DNA of 64,000 bases from Octopus vulgaris (Eukaryota), in contig OX597821.1 of the NCBI GenBank assembly GCA_951406725.2, positions 57,412,001 to 57,476,000 of the forward strand, read 5' to 3'. Both the position numbers and the translations under genes were made by a program. The notes beneath the pieces are model-generated. The model worked only from the letters and a program-made list of their open reading frames with translations. It was not told the origin of the DNA and ran no database searches. Shown here one piece after another: positions 62,979 to 64,000 of the stretch (the first letter of the stretch is position 1; the number at the start of each line of letters is the position of its first letter).

Positions 62979-64000
62979 TGTATGTATGTATGTATGTATG
63001 TATATATATATATACACAGAAAATAAAGCACTCAGTTACTGAAAATGACAATTGGTGCCTTTACGTTTGCTGCAGCAGGGAAACACATAGAAGCTCACGC
63101 GTGCAGAAATACACACACATATATAAGTGTGTGTGGAAAGAGAGAGAGAGAGAGAAAGAGAGGGAGGATGGAGAAAGAGAGATTAAAATGACAAGTATGT
63201 CAGCATCGAATTACCGATGCCAAAACGACTGTGCTAAAACGTTTCATATCTCTCAGCTGTTAGAAGCGTTTAGCAATATTTATATATTTTTCCACCGGTG
63301 AAATTAACTGAAACTGGTGAAAGAATGAAACCAGCATCTTTCGTGCCGTAGAATTATCCTTACAGACATCGAAATCTTATCGATATATAAGAGAGGATTA
63401 TGGCGTTTAACTGCGTAGTAAAATACAATTTTCTCTGTAGTCTTCAATTTAAAGATTGAAACACATAAGAAAAGAAGAGAAAGCTAGTGTGCAAACGAAA
63501 GTGATATAAACTATTGTTTACTCCGGAAGGGAAACAATACTGACAACTAAACTTTTGACTTATGATTTATTTTAAGTAATATAAGAACGCGTTTCTCCTC
63601 AATTCTCGACAGAATGAACTTGTCACTAAACAATAGAAAAAATAAGACATGTCCTTTGAATGACACAATGAAAAGTCATCATACTATAATGGGCATCATG
63701 TCCAACTGTCCGTTCGTTCCTTCTTCACGGTCAAATTCCTGAACCAAAGGACTCGATGTTTCGATTTTTGAATTGATAAACCACCTTCGCACTTTTATTA
63801 AAAATTCACCGACCACGAGTAATTCTAGATTTTCATCGTATAGCTCGTGGCTCCATCGTAGATACGAACGGGGTCGCCAGAACGGCTAATAGTGAAAATA
63901 AAATAGAAAAAAGTGTGCCAGTATATAGTGTGTGTGATTATTTAGTGGTTATTGAAGTGTCAGTCTCGAGTCGGATTCGAAACAGCTAATCGAAGTGGCT

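Overview
AT-rich, microsatellite-dense eukaryotic DNA in which I can support no host protein-coding exon; it reads as a large intron or intergenic region. The tRNA-headed SINE families look like those of Octopus or a related coleoid cephalopod (my recognition, not a database result). Almost every recognisable sequence is a decayed transposable element: three recurrent SINE families (my labels A, B and C, about 35 copies), RTE, L1/Tx1, CR1/Jockey-like and R4/Dong-like LINE fragments, several Penelope-like elements (PLEs), a Gypsy-type solo LTR, Tc1 (DD34E), DD37D and mariner transposons, MITEs, and non-autonomous Helitrons/Helentrons. Most ORFs in the supplied track are microsatellite artefacts. 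The best leads are: an apparently intact minimal type I hammerhead ribozyme (29645-29717, minus) with decayed relatives, two of them in inverted PLE terminal repeats; an intron-containing tRNA-Lys(TTT) copy directly upstream of a SINE; an RTE insertion with a ~230-bp target-site duplication beside a microhomology-bounded templated duplication; and repeated insertion of unrelated elements into microsatellites. All coordinates were read by eye, so boundaries of decayed elements are approximate.
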